DNA of 62,429 bases, the filler included. It is 8 parts of 8 records of this genome, joined end to end, with 100 filler letters (N's around TTAATTAATTAA, not from the genome) between each part and the next. Parts side by side here need not be neighbours in the genome. Positions count along the whole stretch, not along the records: positions 5,393 to 12,894 come from SRR31147125_33179; positions 12,995 to 23,744 come from SRR31147125_33187; 6 more parts are not named here. One strand, given 5' to 3'. Positions 9,950-19,584 of the stretch are shown here, piece by piece. The first letter of the stretch is position 1, and every line of letters starts with the position of its first letter. Made by a program: the position numbers and the translations under genes. The notes beneath the pieces were generated by a model. It saw only the letters and a list, made by a program, of their open reading frames with translations, was not told where the DNA came from and did not search any database.

Positions 9950-12607
9950 TTAAAATGACGATGTTAAAACAAAACGATTTTTCAGTTTAATATCTCTTGA
10001 GGAACTACCAATCAATATTTCAAACTCACCGGCTTCAGCATTCCATTTTTTTGCTTTTACGTCATAAAAAGAGAGCGCACTTTTGTCAATCTTGAAAAAG
10101 ACCTTTTTGCTTTCACCTGCTTTGAGGCTGACACGTTTAAATCCTTTTAATGCCTTGACTTCTCTTTCCACACTCGCTTTCACATCATGCACATAGAGTT
10201 GAATGACTTCGTCGCCATCCATTTTACCGGTATTTTTCACAGTCAGGTTGACAAACAGGGTATCATCCTGATTGATTTTATTTTTATCTAATACCAGATC
10301 GCTGTAATCAAAAGTGGTGTACGAAAGTCCATAGCCAAAAGGAAAAAGGGGCTCGATATTCTGTTTATCAAAGTGGCGGTAACCGACAAAGATGCCTTCA
10401 GAATAATAAGCAACGTCCCGTTCACCGGGATAGGTGGGATAAACGGGTGAATCTTCCCACCGCTTGAGAAAAGTCAGCGGTAATCTACCGGCTGGTGATA
10501 CATCCCCAAACAACATGTCTGCCAGGGCATGTCCACCTTCCTGGCCGGGATAAAAGGCTTCCACAACTGCGGGAACGTCATTGATCCATTCGTTCATGAT
10601 AATGGGCGTGGCATTATAAAGCACAACGATGGTGTTCCTGTTTGCCTGAGCTACTTTTTTAATGAGGGAAACCTGGTCCTCAGGTAATGTCAGCTGATCC
10701 CGGTCTTTGGCCTCCCCTTCCATTTCCGAATTTAGTCCGGCACACACGATAGCGATATCTGATTGTTTCGCCAGATTTACGGCCACGTCAATTCCAGGTC
10801 CGGGATTGTGTTTATCCAAACCGAGAATACAACGGCAGCTGCCGCGGTTTTCATAAAACTCGATTTTGATATCATATTTTTTATTTGCTTTAAAATCAAA
10901 AGTTTTGATCTTGAATTTGCCCGGTGCCTGGTCTGTCCAGGAATCGATAAGCAATTGACCGTCCAGGTATAACCGCACGCCATTGTCGGCATTTAAACCT
11001 ATTTCGTACATGCCTTCTCCCGGAGAGGCCAGTTTTCCGGCCCACCTGGCAGACCACCTGTCGATATTGACAATATCCGGATCCGGAGAACCGATTCCGC
11101 CACCGGAACGATCAGCGCCATAACCCCAGTCAAAATTTATATCTTTTTCCAGGCGGGTAAGGACAGGATCTCCTTCAAGATCCCGGTTGTTAAAATATTC
11201 GGCCCATAATCCGTTTTGTCCTTCTTTGCCTTGAGGAGGAGAGAGCATATCTGACGGGATGACCGGCAGCTCCAGCCGGGTTTCGGCGATGCCTCTCGCA
11301 AAACCAATTTCCGCATACTCCCCCACCCTGTTTTTCAAACCCTGAAGAGGTGAAATCCCGTAATGGCCGAAATTTGCACCACTACCGCCGCCACACATTT
11401 GTGCCACATTGGCATTGGGACCGATTAGAGCAATGGAAGAAATACCACTTTTATTTAATGGTAAAAAGTTGTCCTCGTTTTTTAGAAGCACAATACTCTT
11501 TTGCGCGACTTTTAGTGCCAAGGCCCGGCGTTCTTTTGTATCGGCTATACCACCGTATGTGGCTGTGGATTCATCAAAAAGACCGGCTTTGAACATGACA
11601 CGAAGGATACGGCGGACCTTGTCATCGACGACGGATTCGGGGACAAGACCTTTTTTAACCGCCTCTAATAGCTTTTCTCCCATATGGCGACCGTCGGGCA
11701 TTTCAAGATCCAGGCCATGCATGGCCGTGTTCACAGTACTACGCACACCACCCCAGTCCGAGACAATAGCACCGGTAAATCCCCACTCTTTTTTTATAAT
11801 TTCATTTAGCAGATAATTATTCTCACAGCAATAATCTCCTAACACCTTGATATAAGCAGCCATGATGGTCCAGCCGTCAGCTTCCTGTATGGCGGCTTTG
11901 TAGGCTGGAAAATAAATTTCCCGTAGTGCCCGTTCATCCACATCCACATCCACACTCATGCGATTCCATTCCTGGTTATTGCAGAGATACGGTTTTGTAC
12001 AGGTAACAACCCGTCGGCTCTGCACGCCTTTAACAAAAGCGACTGTCATCCGGGACATTAAGAACGGGTCCTCGCCAAAGGCCTCAAAGGTCCTGCCGCC
12101 ATGAGGAACGCGGGCGATATTCACCTGGGGCGCCAGCAGCATGTTGTAACCAAGCACACGGGTTTCAGCACCCATTTCTTCGCCCACAATACGGATGAGA
12201 GAATCATCAAATGTGGCGGCCATATTAATAGCAGAACCGTAATTGCTGGCAGCACCCTTGGCGTTTGCGCCCAGGGGACCATCGGACATGGTCAGTTCCG
12301 GGATGCCCAGGCGAACATTTTTTTGTGTTCTGGATAAAAACTGTGAGGCAACGATGATAGAATTTGGGTCACTGGAATTTTGTGCCAATGCTGTATTGGT
12401 TATCATATCCCCTTGTTTGGCACCGCTTACCTGGTTTATTTTTTCCTCCAGAGTCATTTTGCCGAGCAGGTCTTCTATTCTCTCTTCGATGGGCAAATTT
12501 TGGTCTTTATAAGGAGGTAGTGGTTCGACTGCGTGTGTCAGCGTATTGATTACCAGCAATTGATAAAAAAATAAAATGATAAATAAAAAAGGGGATTTTT
12601 TTGACAT
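9950..12607 (-). CDS. GH3 beta-glucosidase with PA14 insert and Fn3-like domain
   Basis: MTLEEKI, RLGIP..MSDGP, GRTFEAFGEDP, IVSDWG nucleophile, SIVLLKN, EGEAKDR, PLFPFGYGLSYTTF; RBS GGAGGA before ATG 12607. Confidence 0.95.
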   Translation of the reverse strand: MSKKSPFLFIILFFYQLLVINTLTHAVEPLPPYKDQNLPIEERIEDLLGKMTLEEKINQVSGAKQGDMITNTALAQNSSDPNSIIVASQFLSRTQKNVRLGIPELTMSDGPLGANAKGAASNYGSAINMAATFDDSLIRIVGEEMGAETRVLGYNMLLAPQVNIARVPHGGRTFEAFGEDPFLMSRMTVAFVKGVQSRRVVTCTKPYLCNNQEWNRMSVDVDVDERALREIYFPAYKAAIQEADGWTIMAAYIKVLGDYCCENNYLLNEIIKKEWGFTGAIVSDWGGVRSTVNTAMHGLDLEMPDGRHMGEKLLEAVKKGLVPESVVDDKVRRILRVMFKAGLFDESTATYGGIADTKERRALALKVAQKSIVLLKNEDNFLPLNKSGISSIALIGPNANVAQMCGGGSGANFGHYGISPLQGLKNRVGEYAEIGFARGIAETRLELPVIPSDMLSPPQGKEGQNGLWAEYFNNRDLEGDPVLTRLEKDINFDWGYGADRSGGGIGSPDPDIVNIDRWSARWAGKLASPGEGMYEIGLNADNGVRLYLDGQLLIDSWTDQAPGKFKIKTFDFKANKKYDIKIEFYENRGSCRCILGLDKHNPGPGIDVAVNLAKQSDIAIVCAGLNSEMEGEAKDRDQLTLPEDQVSLIKKVAQANRNTIVVLYNATPIIMNEWINDVPAVVEAFYPGQEGGHALADMLFGDVSPAGRLPLTFLKRWEDSPVYPTYPGERDVAYYSEGIFVGYRHFDKQNIEPLFPFGYGLSYTTFDYSDLVLDKNKINQDDTLFVNLTVKNTGKMDGDEVIQLYVHDVKASVEREVKALKGFKRVSLKAGESKKVFFKIDKSALSFYDVKAKKWNAEAGEFEILIGSSSRDIKLKNRFVLTSSF

Positions 12608-12761
12608 GTCGGCTCTCCTCCATTTCTGAAACAATCTTTTCCATATTTATATAAATGAAATGTATGATAATATTAAACAGAAAAAAGGAAAAGTTGCAGA
12701 AAAAAATAAGAAAAAAGGAGGACAAGAATTCCTGATGCATAGATCTGTTTTGGACTGGTTT

Positions 12762-12827
12762 GTATCCTGCCTGCCAATAATCATATCCTTTGAGACGGAT
12801 GCTGTGGCGATGATGGGTATTGGGCAT
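12762..12827 (-). pseudogene. N-terminal remnant of a REP-associated tyrosine transposase (RAYT)
   Basis: MPNTHHRHSIRLKGYDYWQAGY matches the typical RAYT start HHRRSIRLKGYDYSQ.G.Y, then homology is lost. Confidence 0.75.
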
Positions 12828-12853
12828 CCATATCGCCCAATGTTTTTTTATTT

Positions 12854-12880
12854 GTAGGGGCATACCCTTGTGGTTGCCCT
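12854..12880 (+). repeat. GTAG-family REP element
   Basis: GTAGGGGCATACCCTTGTGGTTGCCCT: GTAG head plus GGGCA...TGCCC hairpin, next to the RAYT remnant at a contig end. Confidence 0.8.
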
Positions 12881-12894
12881 TTTTGTGTTTTGCA

Positions 12895-12994
12895 NNNNNN
12901 NNNNNNNNNNNNNNNNNNNNNNNNNNNNNNNNNNNNNNTTAATTAATTAANNNNNNNNNNNNNNNNNNNNNNNNNNNNNNNNNNNNNNNNNNNN
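12895..12994. other. Artificial contig linker
   Basis: N44-TTAATTAATTAA-N44. Confidence 0.99.
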
Positions 12995-13436
12995 TTTTAC
13001 ATAGTTTTCTAAGTTTGCTTAACCCTCTAAAAGACCTAGAAGGTTCTATAATATCTGCTAAGTATACTATCTTCGAAAGTTTGCTCATCTTTTTACATCC
13101 AGTAGTATGGTATGTAACTGCCTGTAAAATATCCTTATCTGAAATACCATTTTCCTTTAAGATACAAGCCCCAAAAGTTCCATGCAATACTTCTAAATCT
13201 ACTTTATCATATTTCTTAAGTTTAATGCTATGTTTTTCAATAAGTTTAAGCTGTTTACCATAGCTTAAGTTTTTTCCTATATCATGCATAAGCCCAGCAT
13301 ATGATGCTTTTTCTTCATCCTCACCAAATCTTTTTGCCAGTTTTTTTGCTTCATTTTGTACTGCTAAACAATGTTTTATCCTTTTTTTATTATCAATGTA
13401 TTGCGTTAATAGTTTTAAATCTGCTTTTTGCCCCAT
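12995..13436 (-). CDS. yqeK: Ap4A hydrolase YqeK (HD domain), 3'-truncated
   Basis: RIKHC, AGLMHDIGK, LHG, YHTTG, YLADIIEPSR; follows nadD. Confidence 0.92.
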
Positions 13437-13443
13437 ATATCAT

Positions 13444-14151
13444 TTACCCTTTTCTCTTGTAAATTTCATTACTTTTTATATACTCCAAAACCCTATCATC
13501 AATCAACCCTTCAAGGCTAATATTGTTTTCTATATTTTCTCTAATTTGCGTTGAAGAAACAAATAATCCGTGCTCTTTTGCTTTATATATTCTTTTTTTA
13601 CCCAAAGAATTATAAAAATCGATACTATTATCAACACTACTTTCATTAGCATCATCTCTTAAAAATACAATAAAATTGGTTATAGATAAAACATCAAAAA
13701 AGCTCTTCCAACAATCCAACATAAATAAAGTATCCGATCCAATAATAAAATAAAACTCACTATTTGGATATAGTTTTATAAGATGATTTAATGTGTCTAT
13801 AGTATAGGTAGTGCCTTTTCTCTCAATTTCTATATTGCAGCTTTGCATATACGGCATATCTATAGCAAGGTCTATCATAGCAAGCCTATGGATATCATGG
13901 ATTATCTCCTCTTTCTGCTTGTGCGGCGGTGTTCCTGTTGGTATATACAAAACTTTAGACAAACCAAACTCATCGTGCGCTTTTTTACCCATATAAACAT
14001 GCCCAAGGTGGATAGGGTTAAACGTCCCACCCATTATGCCTATTTTGCTTTTCTTCAAATGTCGGTCGCAAAATTCACAAGCACTTATGTCAAAATGATC
14101 TTCTAGCCCCTCATTATATTCATATGCTGTTAGTACGGATTTTTTCTTCAA
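13444..14151 (-). CDS. nadD: Nicotinate-nucleotide adenylyltransferase
   Basis: GIMGGTFNPIHLGH, PPHK, TYTIDTL, FIIGSD, VSSTQIRE. Confidence 0.95.
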   Translation of the reverse strand: MKKKSVLTAYEYNEGLEDHFDISACEFCDRHLKKSKIGIMGGTFNPIHLGHVYMGKKAHDEFGLSKVLYIPTGTPPHKQKEEIIHDIHRLAMIDLAIDMPYMQSCNIEIERKGTTYTIDTLNHLIKLYPNSEFYFIIGSDTLFMLDCWKSFFDVLSITNFIVFLRDDANESSVDNSIDFYNSLGKKRIYKAKEHGLFVSSTQIRENIENNISLEGLIDDRVLEYIKSNEIYKRKG

Positions 14152-14166
14152 TTAAAACTCCTTCGG

Positions 14167-15174
14167 TTAAAAATCAAAAAGATCATAGTCCATAGTAGGA
14201 TAATATGCCCAGTTTTCGTCGTCATAGTGCCACCATTCATCCCAAGACCCAACAAAGCCTGCTTCTCCCATTACGCCTGCCATATAGTTTAGATTTTCTT
14301 TAACTTCTTCATCCAAACCACTTTGGAATCTGTACGCTTTTTCTGCATCGTAAGTCATACCTTGGGTTGGCGTTAAAAATGGCGTTCCATCATTTTTTAG
14401 AAGTGTAATGTCAACCGATGCTCCCCTATTGTTTCTAGACCCAACTTGAGGACCTGCAACCAATCTGCTCAATTTCCCAAATTCCTCGTACATGGCTACT
14501 GTAGTAGAATATGGTCTATATGCATCCCATATAACCATTGTGTATCCATCAATAGCAAAAAGTGCTTGAGCCTTTTTTAGCTTTTTTGCTGTGTCACTTT
14601 GAATAAGACACAAATGTACAGGATAGAATTTTTTTTCGAGATAATTATCCTCTTTAAAAAGCTCCAAATCCACCTTTACTCCAGCAACCGCTGTTTCTAT
14701 GTTTACAAGATGCGTCTTCTTTTTTACGCCAGATAAAGCATCTTCTACAATTATCTCATTTATAACCTCTGGTGTTCTTGGTATTACACCTTCAAAAATA
14801 TGGTCTTTCCTTATAAAGCCATATCTTTTATTATAAAGCACAATATTATAGTCTCCTGTCTCACCTACAACTAAAACATTCTCTTTATCCACAATCTCCA
14901 TTATCATTTCACCGTTTTCGCTTGCTTCTCGTAATAGGCGTACTGGTCTTCCATAAAAATCGGTTTTTACCCAAGCAGGAACTTCATCAAAAAACTCAAT
15001 TTGATCCGGCATAAACAAATCCTTATAAGGATCCGTAGTTGGCACTGGCGTTGGTAAAACCTCTATTATCTCCTGCTGTTCTTTTTTAAACGAAATATTA
15101 GGAATAACAAAAAAAGCGATGATGCCTATAGTTATGATAACCACAGCCAAAATACCAATAATCAATTTCCTCAT
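14167..15174 (-). CDS. Membrane-anchored SH3 + M15 (VanX/DdpX-like) D,D-peptidase
   Basis: N-terminal TM; IWDAYRP, SRNNRGASVD, EWWHY motifs. Confidence 0.8.
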   Translation of the reverse strand: MRKLIIGILAVVIITIGIIAFFVIPNISFKKEQQEIIEVLPTPVPTTDPYKDLFMPDQIEFFDEVPAWVKTDFYGRPVRLLREASENGEMIMEIVDKENVLVVGETGDYNIVLYNKRYGFIRKDHIFEGVIPRTPEVINEIIVEDALSGVKKKTHLVNIETAVAGVKVDLELFKEDNYLEKKFYPVHLCLIQSDTAKKLKKAQALFAIDGYTMVIWDAYRPYSTTVAMYEEFGKLSRLVAGPQVGSRNNRGASVDITLLKNDGTPFLTPTQGMTYDAEKAYRFQSGLDEEVKENLNYMAGVMGEAGFVGSWDEWWHYDDENWAYYPTMDYDLFDF

Positions 15175-15514
15175 CCTAGCTTTTGGAGAATATCTATTAA
15201 ATGTACTTTTTCGAAATTTACTTGGTGAGTAGACTTTATTCAGCCTCTTTTTTTGCTCATTTGCACTATCCCCTCAATTTATAGAATACTATAATCACTA
15301 TTTCCAGTCAAGATTGGTGGTAATCTATAATTGCCATATTAGCTTAATTATTTTACCAAAAATTTAAAGAGGTAACCTTGTTTTATATTAATATTTACAA
15401 TTTATCTTTTTTTAAGCTTACTTATGACTTGACATAATCTATAGGTGTAAAATAAAATTAGTATTAGTAAATTTGAATTAAAAAGATTCTATAGTACATA
15501 TAAAACATTTAGTA

Positions 15515-16420
15515 ATGAAAGGAATTTGTCTTTTGAAAAAAATATTTATACTTGTTTTAATATGCCTGCTTGTAGTAGGCTTAGTAGCCTGTAAAAAAGA
15601 AAGTGCCGAACCAGCATCTGTAGAGGTAAGCACTCCAGCCCCTGCTACACAAGAACCACAACAAGAACCTGAGGCTGAAGTTGAAGTGGATGATGCTACA
15701 TATATAGCCGTTGAAAACGATACTGATTTGGTATCTGAGCCAAAAATTATAATACCAGAGCAAACTTACGATGTTGTAGCTTCGGTTAAAGCTGGTGATC
15801 AGTTAGAACTTTTAGAAGTTGGATGTGAATGGCACAAAGTTTTATATAGCGAAAATGAAGCTTATGTTAAAGCTTCTGATGTTTCTGGTGTAGAAGCTGC
15901 TAAGTCTCCGTACTATATTTATATAGAAAAAGGTTCTCACACAATGAGCGTATATGAGATGGATGAAAACGGAGAATATACTAAGCTTTTGCAAACTTAT
16001 TTAACTGCAACAGGAAAAACAGCAGGAAAAACTCCTACTGGTACTTTTGCAATAAGAGAAAAATATGAGTGGAAACAGTTTGATAGTGCAGGAACAGACC
16101 AACCATTTTCTTATTCGCCATATGTTTCGTTGTTTACAGACGGAATATACATGCATGGTCCTGTTTTTAAAGAACAAGATTTTAACACAATGTATGGCAA
16201 CACCTATAAAGAGATAGGAACAGATTCTACTGCTGGTTGTCTTAGAACAAACGTTGGTTCTGCATATTGGATATACATGAACTGCCCAATTGGCACAACA
16301 GTTGAGGTTGTAAACGGAAGCCCTAGAGAAATTGAAACCCCTGATCTTGAAAGATATATACACGACTTAAAGTTAGGTATCTATATAGACCCAACAGACC
16401 CTAACTACCAAGCAGAATAA
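15515..16420 (+). CDS. L,D-transpeptidase lipoprotein (SH3b + YkuD)
   Basis: Lipobox LVAC; ATGK..KTPTGTF; YMHG...STAGCLR catalytic His/Cys. Confidence 0.88.
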   Translation: MKGICLLKKIFILVLICLLVVGLVACKKESAEPASVEVSTPAPATQEPQQEPEAEVEVDDATYIAVENDTDLVSEPKIIIPEQTYDVVASVKAGDQLELLEVGCEWHKVLYSENEAYVKASDVSGVEAAKSPYYIYIEKGSHTMSVYEMDENGEYTKLLQTYLTATGKTAGKTPTGTFAIREKYEWKQFDSAGTDQPFSYSPYVSLFTDGIYMHGPVFKEQDFNTMYGNTYKEIGTDSTAGCLRTNVGSAYWIYMNCPIGTTVEVVNGSPREIETPDLERYIHDLKLGIYIDPTDPNYQAE

Positions 16421-16442
16421 GTAAAAGAGAGGATATAATAAT

Positions 16443-18036
16443 ATGTCATATCTTGCGCTCTACCGTGCATATAGACCAAAGAGCTTTTCTGATGTTGTTG
16501 GTCAACAGCATATTGTTACGATACTCAAAAACCAAGTCGAAAATCAAAGAATAGCTCATGCTTACCTTTTTTCTGGTCCTCGCGGAACAGGAAAGACAAG
16601 CCTTGCTAAGATATTTGCTAAAGCTGTTAACTGCAAAAACCTGAAGGGTTTTGAACCTTGCGGCGTATGCGAAATTTGCACACAAGTTGCTTCGGATACT
16701 TGTATAGATATCATAGAGATAGATGCTGCTTCTAATAACGGCGTTGAAAACATACGTGATATAAGGGAAAAGGCTGTTCTGCTCCCTACTTCTGCAAAAT
16801 ATAAAGTATATATTATAGACGAAGTTCATATGTTGTCTCAAGGTGCTTTTAATGCTCTTTTAAAAACATTAGAAGAACCGCCACCGCATGTGATCTTTAT
16901 TTTGGCGACAACGGAGCCAAAAAAATACCTGCTACAATTCATTCTAGATGTCAAAGATACGATTTTAAAAGGCTTAGCATAGATGATATAGTAAGAAGGC
17001 TTAGTTTTGTATCGAACGAGCAAAATATAGATGCTGACGAAGAAGCGCTTACTACTATAGCAAGATCTGCTATGGGTGGTATGAGAGATGCACTTTCTAT
17101 TTTAGACCAATGCATAAGCAGCGGGCAAAAGCTTACATCAGAAGTAGTGCTTAATATTTTGGGCGGGGCATCGCGTCATGAAATTTTAGAACTGATGAAG
17201 TATATAACATCTTATGATGAAAAAAATGCTATAATTAAGCTTGAACAGATAAAGGACAGCGGAGCAGATATAAAGATATTATTAAAGGATTTAGCCTATA
17301 ACTTTAAGGGTATGTTGTTTTTGATGAAAGGTGCAGATGCTGGTTCTGCTGGTATTCCTAAACAAGATGCAGATGCCTTACTTGAAATGGGCAACAACTT
17401 TAAGGAAGCCTGTGTACAAAGAGCTTTAGAGGTTTTAGTCGAAAACGAGCATCGTTTATCGACAAACTCTTTTCCTGAAATTGTTTTGCAGTTATCCGTT
17501 ATTCAAATGATGAACCAAAGCGTAGATAGCGAAGCAAACGATGATACTAGGCTTACACAATTAGAAGCAAAGATAGAACAGTTAAAAAAAACGGTATAGA
17601 AGTTAAACAGACTGGGGAATATCAGAATATCGGCAATGATGCCTATAAAAAAAACGCACCAAGACCGCAAGTAACGTCCGATAAAAGTAATACAGCTACA
17701 ACACCAAAAGGTGATGTTAAATTAACTGAAACCGATAAAAAAAGATGGGAAAGAGTTTTGGCTATGGTGGGTAAAAAGTCTATCGGGCTTTACCCTCATG
17801 TTTCTAAGCTTAAATTTATAGGAATAGATGACAAAAAAATATATTTAAAAACAAATCACAATATAGCCTATAACTATACAAAATCTCATATGCATATATT
17901 AAAAGAATATGTGGATATAGTCTTTGAAAATGATATGCGTGTTGATATTGAACCTAATAATACTCAAATAATCGATGGTGGTAAACAGGCGTTTCCATCT
18001 GATATGTTTGGAGATATTGAGATTAAAGAGATATAA
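16443..18036 (+). CDS. dnaX: DNA polymerase III subunit gamma/tau, split by two A-run indels (16919-16925 and 17584-17591)
   Basis: ALYRAYRP, GPRGTGKTS, EIDAASNNGV, IIDEVHML; adding one A at each run restores KKIPATIHSRCQRYDF...GGMRDALS and joins the C-terminal ORF (about 531 aa); precedes ybaB-recR. Confidence 0.93.
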
Positions 18037-18069
18037 TAAATTTTTAAAGAACCATTGGAGGTAAAAAAA

Positions 18070-18381
18070 ATGAACATGCAAAAAATGATGCAGCAGGCAC
18101 AAAAAATGCAAGCAAATATGCAAAAAGTACAAAAAGAGCTAGAGGAAAAAACAGTTGAAGCAACAAGCGGTGGCGGCGTTGTTAAAGTTGTTGCTACTGG
18201 AGCTAAAAAGATCGCTTCTATAAACATATCACCAGAAGCAGTTGATGAAGATGATGTTGAAATGTTAGAAGATTTAGTTATGGCTGCTGTAAACGAAGCT
18301 TTAAATAAAGCAGATGAGCTTTCTAACAACGAAATGAACAAAGTAGCAGGCGGACTTGGCGGTCTTTCTGGTATGTTTTAA
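18070..18381 (+). CDS. ybaB: Nucleoid-associated protein YbaB/EbfC
   Basis: MMQQAQKMQ, SGGGVVKV, DVEMLEDLVMAAVNEA; RBS GGAGGT. Confidence 0.95.
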   Translation: MNMQKMMQQAQKMQANMQKVQKELEEKTVEATSGGGVVKVVATGAKKIASINISPEAVDEDDVEMLEDLVMAAVNEALNKADELSNNEMNKVAGGLGGLSGMF

Positions 18382-18413
18382 TCCAGTTTTTTATAAAATT
18401 AAAAGGATAGTTT

Positions 18414-19013
18414 ATGTTTATAATAGAACCGCTCGCAAAGCTGATTGGCAGTTTTTCTAAGTTACCAGGTATTGGTTCAAAAACAGCCATGAGGCTTGCT
18501 TTTCATATTTTAAAAATGTCTGATAGCGATATTGAAGAATTTGCTAAGAATCTTTATTATGCAAAAAAACAAGTAAAATATTGCGAAAATTGCGGTAATT
18601 TATGTGAAGATAAACTTTGTCATATCTGTCGTGATACTAAAAGAAACCCAGATATTATCTGTGTTGTTGAAGATTTTAAAGATGTTTTGGCTTTTGAGCG
18701 AACAAACGAATTTAAGGGTTTGTATCATGTTTTGGGCGGAACTCTTTCCCCAATCCAAGGTGTTGGCCCTGATGATTTGAATATTAAAAATCTTCTGCTA
18801 AGAATACAGAAAAACGACAGTATAAAAGAGATTATTTTAGCAACAAACCCAGATGTAAAAGGCGAAACAACAGCTACATACTTACATAAGCTATTAAAAC
18901 CAACAGGACTAAAACTTTCGCGGATAGCTCATGGAATACCCGTTGGCGGAGATTTAGAATACACAGATGAAGTAACGCTGACAAAGGCACTAGACGGCAG
19001 ACGCGAGATGTAG
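18414..19013 (+). CDS. recR: Recombination protein RecR
   Basis: LPGIGSKTA HhH, C4 zinc finger, ICVVE, YHVLGG, ATNP, RIAHGIPVGGDLEY. Confidence 0.97.
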   Translation: MFIIEPLAKLIGSFSKLPGIGSKTAMRLAFHILKMSDSDIEEFAKNLYYAKKQVKYCENCGNLCEDKLCHICRDTKRNPDIICVVEDFKDVLAFERTNEFKGLYHVLGGTLSPIQGVGPDDLNIKNLLLRIQKNDSIKEIILATNPDVKGETTATYLHKLLKPTGLKLSRIAHGIPVGGDLEYTDEVTLTKALDGRREM

Positions 19014-19025
19014 CAAAATCAACAC

Positions 19026-19054
19026 TTGACTACTATTATCAATAAAAGTATAAT
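19026..19054 (+). promoter_or_regulatory. Sigma-A/70 promoter of tRNA-Arg
   Basis: TTGACT-N17-TATAAT about 20 nt upstream of the tRNA. Confidence 0.85.
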
Positions 19055-19074
19055 TACTCTTGCCAAAAAAATAT

Positions 19075-19151
19075 GCACCTATAGCTCAGATGGATAGAGC
19101 GATCCCCTCCTAAGGGATAGGCCACAGGTTCGACTCCTGTTAGGTGTGCCA
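19075..19151 (+). tRNA. tRNA-Arg (anticodon CCT)
   Basis: GCACCTA/TAGGTGT acceptor, ATCCC-CTCCTAA-GGGAT anticodon arm, GGTTCGACTCC T-arm, encoded CCA. Confidence 0.97.
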
Positions 19152-19156
19152 ACCGC

Positions 19157-19182
19157 AAAAGTCACCGCAAGGTGACTTTTTT
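19157..19182 (+). terminator. Intrinsic terminator after the tRNA
   Basis: AAAAGTCACC-GCAA-GGTGACTTTTTT. Confidence 0.85.
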
Positions 19183-19208
19183 GGTTGGCACGTATAAATC
19201 GAGAGGAG

Positions 19209-19360
19209 TCGACTAAAGCGAGCGCTGCCCAAAGGCAGATGAAGCGAGCTGTGTCCGAACTCCTAACACTAAAATTCATAGTCTTTTCTGTATACATATA
19301 AAACACCAGATTCGACTAAGCCTTGCGCTGCCAGATGGCAGATGAAGCAAGTCGTGTCCG
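19209..19360. repeat. Two 49-nt imperfect direct repeats (19209-19257 and 19312-19360)
   Basis: 39/49 identical by hand alignment; conserved CTGCC-N4-GGCAG hairpin. Confidence 0.8.
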
Positions 19361-19584
19361 TTTATACCCTTAGGGCAGAACTACTCTTTAGGGTGACTCC
19401 TTTTCCTCAAACTTAAATCTTTACGTAAATAAACAGGATAGGAAGAAAAGAGAATGGAACTATATATTTCCAACATTGTATTTATAGTTCCTTGACGTAA
19501 CAAAAAAGAACATACGCATTAGGTTTAAGCGCATGTTCTTAATAATACTGGTTTTTAATGATATGACATCATTCTAGCCATTAA

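Noticed and set aside
7039-12549. Many short overlapping or antisense ORFs in the ORF track (also elsewhere in the window)
   Set aside because: Shadows of well-supported long genes, with no recognisable motifs.
14167-15174. Vancomycin resistance cluster
   Set aside because: No vanA/H/R/S neighbours; the protein is membrane-anchored and lacks a zinc-ligand His.
16420-16443. SRP RNA (ffs), often upstream of dnaX in Firmicutes
   Set aside because: Only 22 nt separate the transpeptidase gene from dnaX.
16919-16925. Programmed frameshift or pseudogenisation early in dnaX
   Set aside because: It would truncate an essential AAA+ domain, and it matches the window-wide one-base homopolymer error pattern.
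19209-19360. Possible mini CRISPR array
   Set aside because: Only two copies, 10 mismatches in 49 nt, and no cas genes.
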